From: a phage
Sequence record: PZ445498.1
Length of the DNA: 64,000 bases
Reading direction: 5' to 3' (one strand)
Both the position numbers and the translations under genes were made by a program. The notes under the pieces are model-generated. The model had not been told where the DNA came from. It saw only the letters and a list, made by a program, of their open reading frames with translations, and made no database searches. Below, piece after piece: positions 20,441 through 29,122 of this stretch (the stretch's first letter is position 1; each line of letters opens with the position of its first letter).

Positions 20441-22933
20441 TGGCACTTAAAACAAAAAATTATTGTACAGCAGATTCTTAACATAGATGATACTACAACT
20501 ACTGCTAGTAAATATCCTAAGTATACAGTAGTTTTAGGTACTTCTATTAGTTCTATTACTGCTGGTCAACTAACAGCGGCTGTTGAGGCCTCTGCTGCTT
20601 CTGCTGCGGCAGCAAAAACTTCTGAAATCAATGCAAAAACTTCTGAGACTAACGCTGAAGTTTCAGAGACTAACGCTAAAGCTTCCGAAGTAGCGGCCGC
20701 TACTTCGGCTACGAATGCTGCTACTAGCGAAACTAATGCATTAGCAAGTAAAAATGCTGCTGCTACATCACAAACAGCAGCAAAAACTAGTGAGACTAAT
20801 GCAAAAACTAGTGAGACTAATGCAAAAACTAGTGAGACTAAGGCAAAAACTAGTGAGACTAATGCAAAAACTAGTGAGACTAATGCAAAAACTAGTGAGA
20901 CTAAGGCAGCAGCATATGCAGCAGCAGCAAAAAATAGCGAGACTAATGCTGCCCTATCCGCTGCCTCTGCCTCTGAATCCAAAGGATTCAGAGATGAAGC
21001 AGAAACATTCGCTACACAAGCCTCTACATCAGCATTAGCAGCAAAAAATTCAGAAACTAATGCAAAGACTAGCGAAATTAACTCAAAAGCTAGTGAAGAC
21101 GCTGCTAAGTTAGCTCAACAAGCTGCATCAGGTAGCGCGAGTACTGCTATGCAAGCTGTGACCACAGTACAGAATCTTAAGTCCGACGTTGAGCAGTTAA
21201 AGAGCGACACGCAAACTATTAAAGACGGTGCTGTTGGAGAAATTAATACCGCTAAAACGGATGCAACAACCAGCATTACCCAGTCAAAAGACGCAGCGTT
21301 AACGGCAATAGGAAGTGCTAAATCTAGCGCGATTGGTGGTGTTAACACAGCCAAGGTTGCTGGTGTTAACGCTATTAATACTGCTAAAACTGAATCACTG
21401 AACGCAATGACACCGCTGAAAGAAGCAGCAGAAGATGCTGCGGCTTTAGCTACGCAAAAGGCTACCACAGCTACGGAACAGGCTACGTCGGCTGCTGGTA
21501 GCGCTACAACGGCAAGCGAGAAAGCTACTAACGCTACCAGTGCAGCAGATAGAGCAGAGACAGCGGCTGCATCCGCAGAACAGGTTATGCAAGCGTCTTT
21601 GAAAAAGGACCAGAACCTTAAAGACCTTACTGATAAAAGCGCGGCGCGGGCTACCTTAAACGTGCAAGGCGCAAAATGTATTACTAGCACCGCGCCGGGA
21701 GATTTCAATGCGCTATCTTCACCTGATGACAAACTAAACTTGCTGATTGCTAATAACGGCACCTGGGGTGTACAAAGCGTAGGGGGAGTTGTTAAGCCGT
21801 TAGTTATTGAACGCGGTGGCACAGGTGCAACAAACGTAAGCCAAGCAAGGAATAATCTTGGAATTGGTGAAACTGCTATACCTGTTTTTGGTGGTATTGC
21901 CCTTGATGCTAAAAATAGCACTACATCCGGTATTCTTTATTTAAGAAATAAGAATCCAGAAAGTGTTCAGATTTCATACTCAAGAATCTATAATGAAATT
22001 CAGGGTGGAGTTGCAAAGGCAACTATTCAAGTAACTAGAGAAGGTGAGGACACAAACTATTATCAGTTTGATGAAGCAGGTAACGCATTAAACTACAATA
22101 CAATAACAATAGGTAGGGGTATTGGTAATGCTCTTGGTAGTAATTCTCTTGTTATTGGTGATACTGACACTGGCTTTAAATGGGGTGGTGATGGTATTAT
22201 TCAAATTCATTGCAATAGTAGTAATATTGCTTCTTTTGATGCGAGAAATATGCACCTTAACGGACTTTTAAATATACGGCCTGTTGATAATAACGCTAAC
22301 GGCATTAGAGTTTCAGGAGCTAGAACTGGCGTCGGTAATGCGTTAATTGGTGGTTCAGTTTCTGGGGGTGCTTATATTGCATGGCGCGATAGAGCAACCG
22401 GAATACTCATAGAGGTTCCAAATCCAGATGTTGCTGTAAGCATATTCAAGGCAGTTCAATGGGGTGCTGAGTGGCTTACTGGATTTGATGTAGCAAGATA
22501 TTCATCAGGTACGACTGAATCTAGATTATTTGTTCGTGGTGCCGAATTTACATTCCACGACAATGGAATTGCATCCGCCGCTAACTGGATTAGTACTTCC
22601 GATATTAGGCTGAAGACCCAATTGAAAGAGATTAAAACGGCTAGAGAGAAGGTTAAAGCAATAAAAGGTTACACTTATTTTAAGCGTAATAATATTGATG
22701 AAGATGAACATTCTTTTTATTCTGAAGAAGCTGGTGTAATAGCTCAAGATGTGCAAACCGTTTTGCCCGAGGCTGTCTATAAGATATCTAATAGTGAATA
22801 TTTAGGTGTAAGCTATAGTGGCGTTACTGCTCTCCTAGTTAATGCTTTTAATGAACTCAATGAAGTTGTTGAAAAGCAACAGCAAGAAATTGATGAGCTC
22901 AAAGAATTGGTAAAACAGTTACTTGATAAATAA
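20441..22933 (+). CDS. L-shaped tail fibre protein (pb1-like) with C-terminal intramolecular chaperone domain; apparent frameshift near N-terminus
   Basis: Frame open from 20441 to 22933 (about 830 codons) with no start codon until 21149; ATG at 20440 is in the +1 frame and stops after 13 codons; heptad KTSETNA repeats; C-terminal SDIRLKTQ...autoproteolytic chaperone-like region. Confidence 0.75.
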   Translation, partial: WHLKQKIIVQQILNIDDTTTTASKYPKYTVVLGTSISSITAGQLTAAVEASAASAAAAKTSEINAKTSETNAEVSETNAKASEVAAATSATNAATSETNALASKNAAATSQTAAKTSETNAKTSETNAKTSETKAKTSETNAKTSETNAKTSETKAAAYAAAAKNSETNAALSAASASESKGFRDEAETFATQASTSALAAKNSETNAKTSEINSKASEDAAKLAQQAASGSASTAMQAVTTVQNLKSDVEQLKSDTQTIKDGAVGEINTAKTDATTSITQSKDAALTAIGSAKSSAIGGVNTAKVAGVNAINTAKTESLNAMTPLKEAAEDAAALATQKATTATEQATSAAGSATTASEKATNATSAADRAETAAASAEQVMQASLKKDQNLKDLTDKSAARATLNVQGAKCITSTAPGDFNALSSPDDKLNLLIANNGTWGVQSVGGVVKPLVIERGGTGATNVSQARNNLGIGETAIPVFGGIALDAKNSTTSGILYLRNKNPESVQISYSRIYNEIQGGVAKATIQVTREGEDTNYYQFDEAGNALNYNTITIGRGIGNALGSNSLVIGDTDTGFKWGGDGIIQIHCNSSNIASFDARNMHLNGLLNIRPVDNNANGIRVSGARTGVGNALIGGSVSGGAYIAWRDRATGILIEVPNPDVAVSIFKAVQWGAEWLTGFDVARYSSGTTESRLFVRGAEFTFHDNGIASAANWISTSDIRLKTQLKEIKTAREKVKAIKGYTYFKRNNIDEDEHSFYSEEAGVIAQDVQTVLPEAVYKISNSEYLGVSYSGVTALLVNAFNELNEVVEKQQQEIDELKELVKQLLDK
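20779..20904 (+). repeat. six tandem 21-bp repeats (GCAAAAACTAGTGAGACTAAT/G) encoding KTSETNA heptads
   Basis: Six near-perfect tandem copies read directly from sequence; degenerate copies extend upstream from about 20610. Confidence 0.9.
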
Positions 22934-22973
22934 AAGAAAACCCCAGTGGACAATCCACTGGGGTTTATTATTA
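22932..22973. terminator. bidirectional intrinsic terminator between convergent late and early blocks
   Basis: CCCCAGTGGA-CAAT-TCCACTGGGG 10-bp stem flanked by an A-run upstream and a T-run downstream. Confidence 0.85.
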
Positions 22974-23234
22974 TCTATTTCCGGCAATAACACCTAGATT
23001 AAATACTGCTAACATAGCACGTAAGGTAGGATCTTCCGACTTACTACACAGCTCTACGAAAGCATCTTCATTCCACTCAATTACATTACCATTTCGATCA
23101 ACTTTGAGAACCACATTATTCATGTTAGGTTCTGCAACTGCAACATGATAAGTAGTCGGTTGTTCAAAGCTACCTACCATATTAGGGTCAACAAAATTAC
23201 TTACTTCCTGAGCTTCCAAAGCCACCTTCTCCAC
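22971..23234 (-). CDS. hypothetical protein
   Basis: 87-aa ORF with GTG start preceded by GAGGAGA Shine-Dalgarno. Confidence 0.4.
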   Translation of the reverse strand: MEKVALEAQEVSNFVDPNMVGSFEQPTTYHVAVAEPNMNNVVLKVDRNGNVIEWNEDAFVELCSKSEDPTLRAMLAVFNLGVIAGNR

Positions 23235-23643
23235 GATCAGTCTCCTCTAGTTCGTCAACGATTTCAAAATGATGGGTTGAGTAGTGTGGTAGTACCACTA
23301 GCTGACAAAGTCTCTCGAAATTCTCCAGAGTTTGCATTTCAGAACCGTAGTTAAACAGGTTCATCTTAATAGTACCACGGTAGTCTGAGTCGATCACTCC
23401 TGCGGTATTTGCGATCATTAGTTTACGCTTACCTAAAGAGCTGCGAGGAACTACCAAACCAAACCAACCTCGCGGAATTTCCACCGCGACACCGGTGTCG
23501 ATCATAAGGGATTTGCCTGGTGCAATAGCACGTAAATCTGCCGCAAGGTTAGTACCAAAGAATGCACGCAGATCCATACCTGCGGCATCATCAGAACCAA
23601 TCTTCGGCATGCAATCTGGATGAGTTAGTTTAATTTTAATCAT
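23197..23643 (-). CDS. dut: dUTP diphosphatase
   Basis: 148 aa with trimeric dUTPase motifs AAGMDLRA, RSSLGKR, GVIDSDYRG and C-terminal GGFGSSG. Confidence 0.85.
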   Translation of the reverse strand: MIKIKLTHPDCMPKIGSDDAAGMDLRAFFGTNLAADLRAIAPGKSLMIDTGVAVEIPRGWFGLVVPRSSLGKRKLMIANTAGVIDSDYRGTIKMNLFNYGSEMQTLENFERLCQLVVLPHYSTHHFEIVDELEETDRGEGGFGSSGSK

Positions 23644-24515
23644 TGTCCTGCGATCTCCAAAATATCTTTCGTAAACTTATCTAATACGTCTTGACCCACA
23701 GCAGCAATAGCATCTACACAATAGGTCGGTAAATCAACCAGAATCAGATTTCGGAAAAGCAACTCCTCCGATGCGTTCAGATTCTGTATATATTTCTGTT
23801 TCCCAGGCAGAGGGAGTTGATCAATAATATCCAGAACATTACCAAATTCACGGATAATATTATAACCACGTTTTGCACCGATGCCTTCAACACCACGGAT
23901 GTTATCACCGAGATCTCCCATGATTGCTTTCAGAGAGATAAACTGATCAACATCATCAACGTTGTGGTGTTCATACATATCACGAAGATGGTATTCACGA
24001 CGTGTAGTAAAAGAGAAGCGAGAAACTCGATCTGTCAAGAGAGTATCCCAGTCACCATCGGTAGAGATCAACCAAACGTGATCATAATAATGACCAATGA
24101 GCTTAACAATATAAGCTGCCATATCATCTGCTTCTACACCACGAATAGTGAAGGTTGGAAATGTGGTTTCACACAACTCGAAAGCATCACGAAGATACTC
24201 AAAGAACTGCTCATCTAGTGCTTTCTCTTCTTCTGTACGTTGTGCATACTTTTCGTCACGGTTCCCTTTGTAATCGGGAAGATGTTCTAAACGGAATACA
24301 GACTTTCCTTTATCGCCGAGAACGATTGTAGTTCTAGCTGAATAGGATTTTGCTAAAGATTGAATTGTAGAAACATAACTTGAAGCGAATGGTTTCTTAC
24401 TATTATTATGTTTGAAGCGGAAGCCTAAGTTAGTTCCATCAACAATCATTAGGTTGCGACTAGAAGCCAGCTCAGCTTCTTCCTCTTCAATAAATTTTCC
24501 CCAGGATTTACTCAT
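23640..24515 (-). CDS. flap endonuclease / 5'-3' exonuclease (D15-like)
   Basis: 291 aa; N-terminal MIVDGTNLGFRF, YKGNRDE and GDLGDNIRGVEGIG motifs of the 5'-nuclease family. Confidence 0.85.
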   Translation of the reverse strand: MSKSWGKFIEEEEAELASSRNLMIVDGTNLGFRFKHNNSKKPFASSYVSTIQSLAKSYSARTTIVLGDKGKSVFRLEHLPDYKGNRDEKYAQRTEEEKALDEQFFEYLRDAFELCETTFPTFTIRGVEADDMAAYIVKLIGHYYDHVWLISTDGDWDTLLTDRVSRFSFTTRREYHLRDMYEHHNVDDVDQFISLKAIMGDLGDNIRGVEGIGAKRGYNIIREFGNVLDIIDQLPLPGKQKYIQNLNASEELLFRNLILVDLPTYCVDAIAAVGQDVLDKFTKDILEIAGQ

Positions 24516-24997
24516 TATTTAATTAAGTCCTCAACAGATGCGTGATGTAACCACGGTTCGAATAACCCGATTACGATTTCCATGTCTTTCTTATTTAACA
24601 CCATATGGGTACGACTCATTAAGTTGTCGACCATCGGGTCTGAGCTATCCAAAGCAATTAACCACTGTCCTCTGTCTTTCTTGAATATTAAGGCTGGTTT
24701 GGAGTTCATCTGTTCACCTTCACGGGAACACTGCTGCCACCACTTCTCTAGAGTGGATTCACCAACGTTAAATAAATTACTTGATATGTTATCATCTTTA
24801 TACCACTTAACTTCGAAGCAGTATTTACTAATGTGTCCGCTTTGTGGTGGAAGGTAGATGTCACCCTTCAGTCCATGGCTCTGGCCAAAAGCACCAGAGC
24901 CTGGAACACGTTCCCACTCAAGACCTGTACGTTCACGCAGTATATCTCTTACCTGATATTCACCACGTTTACCTTTCTCTCTACTATCTACGGCCAT
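24515..24997 (-). CDS. hypothetical nuclease-like protein (possible PD-(D/E)xK fold, D14-like)
   Basis: 160 aa; GDIY...FEVKW resembles a D-x(n)-E-x-K nuclease motif; between SbcC-like and flap endonuclease genes. Confidence 0.35.
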   Translation of the reverse strand: MAVDSREKGKRGEYQVRDILRERTGLEWERVPGSGAFGQSHGLKGDIYLPPQSGHISKYCFEVKWYKDDNISSNLFNVGESTLEKWWQQCSREGEQMNSKPALIFKKDRGQWLIALDSSDPMVDNLMSRTHMVLNKKDMEIVIGLFEPWLHHASVEDLIK

Positions 24998-25000
24998 GTT

Positions 25001-26839
25001 TTATTCTAAGTAGGAAAATCCTTCTGCATCTTTTTTGACAGTAATCTTATGGGCTAATGGATGCGTATGCCCATGAGAAACTATGATGGAATTCAGACTA
25101 TCTTCCTCATTTAATAATTCAACGAGGGTATCAAGTCCTTTCGTATCAATAAAGCTAATAACTTCGTCAAGGAACAGAAGATTAATATTAACTTTACTAA
25201 TAGATGTTAACAGCATTCGAATAGCTAACAGAGTTGCTAGGTTAATTCTACTTTGCTGACCAGTAGAGCAGTTCTCCATACTGGTACGGTTCCCCTCATT
25301 GAAGATTACTACTTGTAATTTCGTTTCATCAAGCTCAAATCCAAGTGCGAACTTACCACCCGTCATAATAGAAAGATATTTATTAATCAATTCCTCAAAT
25401 ACTTTCACACTATGCTCTAATTTATATCCTACCAGATTTTTCAATGCAGTGATCAGAATATCAAGATCAGCAACAGCTTCTGATACTCCATCCAGTTTGG
25501 ACGTTATCTCAGACATTTCTGCCTCAGCTTTCTCAATCTGTTCTAGTTTCGCTTTATATTTTGCATTGGCTAATTCGACATTTGCATTATGCTCTTTGGC
25601 AATTGCAACTTTAGAACGGCCATCAGCGATTTCCTGTTCTAATTGTCGGATTTGCACCTGTAGGATCTGCACATTGAGTTCTTCAAAAGAAGCATCACTC
25701 ATTGAATTTTTGAACTCGTCTCTAGCTGCTACTGCCTTATCCAAAGCATCCTTAGTTCTAGTATATGCAGTGTACTCGACTTGTTCTTTCTTCAACTGCT
25801 CTAGTGTAGCTTCAAGAGATTGTTTCTCTTTAAACAGAGGATCATATTCTATTCTAGCCATATCCATTGCTTTTTGAGCAGCAGTTGTATCAAGGTGAGT
25901 ACCACAAGTAGGACATTCAGTATTTGAAGCCTCTTGCTTGAACTTCTGATAACGTTTCTTGACTTCTCCCGCACGTGAGGTAACAATCGTTAGATCACGC
26001 GTAACACTTGAGATCTCTTCAGATTGGTCAGTGGGCGCAAGGAAATTTTTGAAAGGCTCGAAAGATTGTTCGGCAACTTGTACAGCTTTGTCCAAATTAC
26101 GGAGTTTAGTAATATTAGCCTCTTGTGATTTGGCTAATGCCGCCTTAATTTTCGACTCAGTAAGTTCTTGTGCTAACGGTTCTTCATCAAACTCTGGAAC
26201 TTCAACTGGCTCTTGTAAACTTCCGAGATTACCTTTTCCATTGAGGATCTTCGTAATTACAGCCATCTGGCCTTGCAAGTTACTTAACGTACTTGCCACT
26301 TCTTTACGATCAGCCTTAATAGTTTCTGACATCTCTTTATACTGTTCCTGATTAAACAGATTAACAAGAAAAGCTTTACGTGTCGCGTCGGTTGCTTTGA
26401 GGAAGTCTAGATTGGAACCTACAGATTGATAGATCAGTTTAGTGAATGTTTGGAAGTCACCACCCATAATCTCTTCAATCATCTTATATGTTTGGGTTGC
26501 TGTGTGTCCACTGATATCTTCTCCATTCTTAATCAGTGTAACCTTAGCAGTTGATTTAACTACTTTATGCAATTCATACTCATCTTCATCTTTCGAGAAG
26601 TAAGCATGCATATCATACTCTTTCTTCGGAGAACCCCAAGAGAATAAGGCGTCCTTCTTGATACCACGTGAGTTCTTGTTATAAAACAATTCCTCAATAA
26701 CAGTAGCAATAGTGGACTTCCCTAGACCGTTTCCTCCGATTAACTGAGTAACTGGATTCTTATCGAAATGAATTACGATATCCTTACCGTAAGACATAAC
26801 GTTGCTGAATTTTAGTGTCTTAATTATAATCTTTGACAT
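25001..26839 (-). CDS. SbcC/Rad50-like recombination ATPase (D13-like)
   Basis: Walker A GGNGLGKST near N-terminus, long central coiled coil, C-terminal signature/Walker B region LLFLDEVISFID; probable start at the internal ATG 26839 (MSKIIIK). Confidence 0.75.
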   Translation of the reverse strand: MSKIIIKTLKFSNVMSYGKDIVIHFDKNPVTQLIGGNGLGKSTIATVIEELFYNKNSRGIKKDALFSWGSPKKEYDMHAYFSKDEDEYELHKVVKSTAKVTLIKNGEDISGHTATQTYKMIEEIMGGDFQTFTKLIYQSVGSNLDFLKATDATRKAFLVNLFNQEQYKEMSETIKADRKEVASTLSNLQGQMAVITKILNGKGNLGSLQEPVEVPEFDEEPLAQELTESKIKAALAKSQEANITKLRNLDKAVQVAEQSFEPFKNFLAPTDQSEEISSVTRDLTIVTSRAGEVKKRYQKFKQEASNTECPTCGTHLDTTAAQKAMDMARIEYDPLFKEKQSLEATLEQLKKEQVEYTAYTRTKDALDKAVAARDEFKNSMSDASFEELNVQILQVQIRQLEQEIADGRSKVAIAKEHNANVELANAKYKAKLEQIEKAEAEMSEITSKLDGVSEAVADLDILITALKNLVGYKLEHSVKVFEELINKYLSIMTGGKFALGFELDETKLQVVIFNEGNRTSMENCSTGQQSRINLATLLAIRMLLTSISKVNINLLFLDEVISFIDTKGLDTLVELLNEEDSLNSIIVSHGHTHPLAHKITVKKDAEGFSYLE

Positions 26840-27797
26840 ATTTAGCAGCTCTAGCCAAGATTCTATCAATGTCGTCTTGAGACAGCTTTTCAACTTCACG
26901 GAAGTAAAGTTCCAGCTCGCCTAACATATCAAGATCAACAAGATTTAACTTAGCATCTTTAGTAACTCGATGGTTAATCTTTTTATCTAAGAGATCGGAA
27001 TCTTTAATAGACTTTAACTGAACGACGTCACCAGTGACTTCATAAATTACACGGTCATAGTCACTAGGCTCCATTTCCTCACCAACTCCGATTGTTTTAC
27101 GAATCAGTTGAGGTAAGTCACCAAGTTCAATCCATTCTACTTTTAATGTGTCGGTATCAACGATAAAACAACCATTTGTACCTTTTGTGCGTTCTCTGTG
27201 GAACGATGTAGTTAATGGAGATCCTGGATAAAGAAGTCTAGTAGAACCAACAGTTTGACTATTAGTATAAGAATGTAAATCGCCAGCAATTACAGTGTCA
27301 TAACAGTTATACCTCGTTAGATCAATCTCTGGTTTTACATGCGGAGGGATTTCACCACGAACATGCGTGAAACATAGTTTTGATTCAGATGGTTTCCACT
27401 TTGGTTTGTGGATTTCATCATAAGGGATAATATCAAATTCAGGAGAACGATATGGTTTAGTAATGACTTCCCAATTTCCGTTTGTTACTTTATTAATAAC
27501 TCCTGCATAATGATACAGACATGAAATAGTTTTAGTTAACATTTCATGGTTCCCTGTGAAGATCTTGCCTGGATGGTCAAGTCTTGACATGAACTGTTCA
27601 AGAAGTTCTATTTCTTCCGACGATGGGTCGGCAACATCAAGAATATCACCACCAGCAATATGCAGATCACAGTTATGATTATGGAATATGTCATTTAACC
27701 GTTCTCCTAGCATCAGGAAGCGACGCTTCTGCCATTCCTTTGGAACTTTATCTTGTCCTAATTTGATATGATGATCAGCACTAAATAGTATTCTCAT
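26820..27797 (-). CDS. SbcD/Mre11-like nuclease (D12-like)
   Basis: 325 aa; calcineurin-like phosphoesterase motifs MRILFSADHH and TGNHEM. Confidence 0.75.
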   Translation of the reverse strand: MRILFSADHHIKLGQDKVPKEWQKRRFLMLGERLNDIFHNHNCDLHIAGGDILDVADPSSEEIELLEQFMSRLDHPGKIFTGNHEMLTKTISCLYHYAGVINKVTNGNWEVITKPYRSPEFDIIPYDEIHKPKWKPSESKLCFTHVRGEIPPHVKPEIDLTRYNCYDTVIAGDLHSYTNSQTVGSTRLLYPGSPLTTSFHRERTKGTNGCFIVDTDTLKVEWIELGDLPQLIRKTIGVGEEMEPSDYDRVIYEVTGDVVQLKSIKDSDLLDKKINHRVTKDAKLNLVDLDMLGELELYFREVEKLSQDDIDRILARAAKYVKDYN

Positions 27798-27802
27798 AAG
27801 TT

Positions 27803-27830
27803 AAAAAGAAAGGGAGCCGTAGCTCCCCTT
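27803..27830 (-). terminator. intrinsic terminator/attenuator inside the replication gene cluster
   Basis: On the minus strand a GGGAGC-TACG-GCTCCC hairpin followed by a T-run, between the 27837-28610 gene and the SbcD-like gene. Confidence 0.5.
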
Positions 27831-27836
27831 GGTTTA

Positions 27837-28610
27837 TTAGTCGTCCAGATCGCTAGCAGCTTCAGCGTCGATGCCTTTCTGAGAACCAGCATCACCACCA
27901 GACTTAGCGTCACCGCCGTCTTGCTTCTCACGACCTTCCATGAAGGCAAGAATAGCTTCTTTCTGCTCTTCGTAGGACGGAACCGGGTAGGTTTCTTCCA
28001 GAGAAGGAACTTTTTCGAACTTGATGAACTCACCAGTATCATCACACATAGCTTCACCGAGGATATCAACATCAGCGGCGTGCAGTTTAGACTCAGCACT
28101 GGTAGGATCTTTCAGTTTCATCTGGAACTGCATTGCTGCGATCTGCTGTACATCGTACTCAGTATCGAAGCCTTTACCTTTCTTCTCGATAGAAATATCG
28201 ATATCGAATGGATCTGCCAGTTCAAGCTGCTTCATGATAGACTGGATGCCTTTCAGGATAGTAGCTTTAACTTCCATAACTTTCAGTTTGTTATCGGAAC
28301 GGTCGATAACGAAGGCGATGTAGTTTTTCTTCGGTTTCAGCGGAACACGATTACCATCTTTGTCCAGCTCTTTTTCGAAGAAGCCCATTTCGTGAATCGG
28401 GTCAGCTTTACCGCGAACGAAGCTCTCTTTAGTACGGTTGAAACGCAGGCACTCAAACGGAGCTGCATTACCATCTTTGTTAGTCAGCCAGTAGACATAA
28501 CGTGGAAGAACACCAGAAACGATACGAACACGAGTTACACCGTTGTTGAATTTCAGGAAGTCGATTTTATCGTTAGAACCGCCAGTAGTTTCGCCCCAAG
28601 ACTTAGCCAT
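27837..28610 (-). CDS. abundant early protein with acidic C-terminal tail (possible ssDNA-binding protein, D11-like)
   Basis: 257 aa; strongly optimal codon usage; C-terminus GGDAKSGGDAGSQKGIDAEAASDLDD resembles SSB acidic tails; function not proven. Confidence 0.35.
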   Translation of the reverse strand: MAKSWGETTGGSNDKIDFLKFNNGVTRVRIVSGVLPRYVYWLTNKDGNAAPFECLRFNRTKESFVRGKADPIHEMGFFEKELDKDGNRVPLKPKKNYIAFVIDRSDNKLKVMEVKATILKGIQSIMKQLELADPFDIDISIEKKGKGFDTEYDVQQIAAMQFQMKLKDPTSAESKLHAADVDILGEAMCDDTGEFIKFEKVPSLEETYPVPSYEEQKEAILAFMEGREKQDGGDAKSGGDAGSQKGIDAEAASDLDD

Positions 28611-28965
28611 ATTTTATTTCCTCTTTAAAGATTATCTTCGATTTATTGATTGCAATTAGTGGGTTAGTATCGATTACAGAACGTGGTATCCATACGGGAA
28701 CATATTGCATGTCCAAACTCGGATCGTTTGTAAACTTATATTCGGCATAATTTCGTAGACTTAGAATTCCTAGATATTCTGCCAGTTGTCTATTAGACAA
28801 TTTGTAAGGGTTATCAACAATAGTTGATTCATTCAAGATGAATGAAGAACCGACCAGTAGTTGGTGAGCATCAGGCTCTGCAAGCATTCTATTAAATAGC
28901 TTGACAATCAGGTCGGAGTTTCCTCTAGCTAAGAGGTAAATTCTCTCGTAATCAAAGAATTTCAT
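28603..28965 (-). CDS. hypothetical protein
   Basis: 120-aa ORF downstream of tandem early promoters. Confidence 0.4.
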   Translation of the reverse strand: MKFFDYERIYLLARGNSDLIVKLFNRMLAEPDAHQLLVGSSFILNESTIVDNPYKLSNRQLAEYLGILSLRNYAEYKFTNDPSLDMQYVPVWIPRSVIDTNPLIAINKSKIIFKEEIKYG

Positions 28966-28992
28966 TTTTGTCTCTCATCAATTTATGTATAT

Positions 28993-29022
28993 ATTATACA
29001 TTAAATCGGGAGGATTTGACAA
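28993..29022 (-). promoter_or_regulatory. early sigma70-type promoter (minus strand)
   Basis: Reverse complement gives TTGTCA-N18-TATAAT followed by ATAAATTGATGAGAG leader. Confidence 0.6.
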
Positions 29023-29093
29023 GTACAATTTTTATTTTTCTGCTTCGGACTTTCTTATCAATCCGAAACTTTCTCTCTCAAATTTATGTGTAT

Positions 29094-29122
29094 ATTATAC
29101 AATAATTATGAGCAGTTGCCAA
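29094..29122 (-). promoter_or_regulatory. early sigma70-type promoter (minus strand)
   Basis: Reverse complement gives TTGGCA-N17-TATAAT followed by ACACATAAATTTGAGAGAG leader. Confidence 0.55.

Noticed and set aside
20779-20904. Possible CRISPR array suggested by regular 21-bp repeats
   Set aside because: Repeats are directly tandem with no spacers, lie in-frame within a structural gene, and no cas genes are present.
20566-21921. ORFs 20566-20982 (-), 20754-21038 (+) and 21115-21921 (-) over the fibre repeat region
   Set aside because: Alternative-frame or antisense readings of the Ala/Thr/Ser-rich repetitive fibre sequence; they give repetitive low-complexity peptides and overlap the continuous fibre frame.
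25299-26351. Plus-strand ORFs 25299-25877 and 25959-26351 inside the SbcC-like gene
   Set aside because: Antisense to a gene with Walker A/B and coiled-coil features; Ser/Cys-rich low-complexity translations.
27921-28628. 235-aa plus-strand ORF (and 27794-28099, 28021-28323) overlapping the 27837-28610 gene
   Set aside because: Antisense or overlapping-frame ORFs within a highly codon-optimised minus-strand gene; no translation signals.
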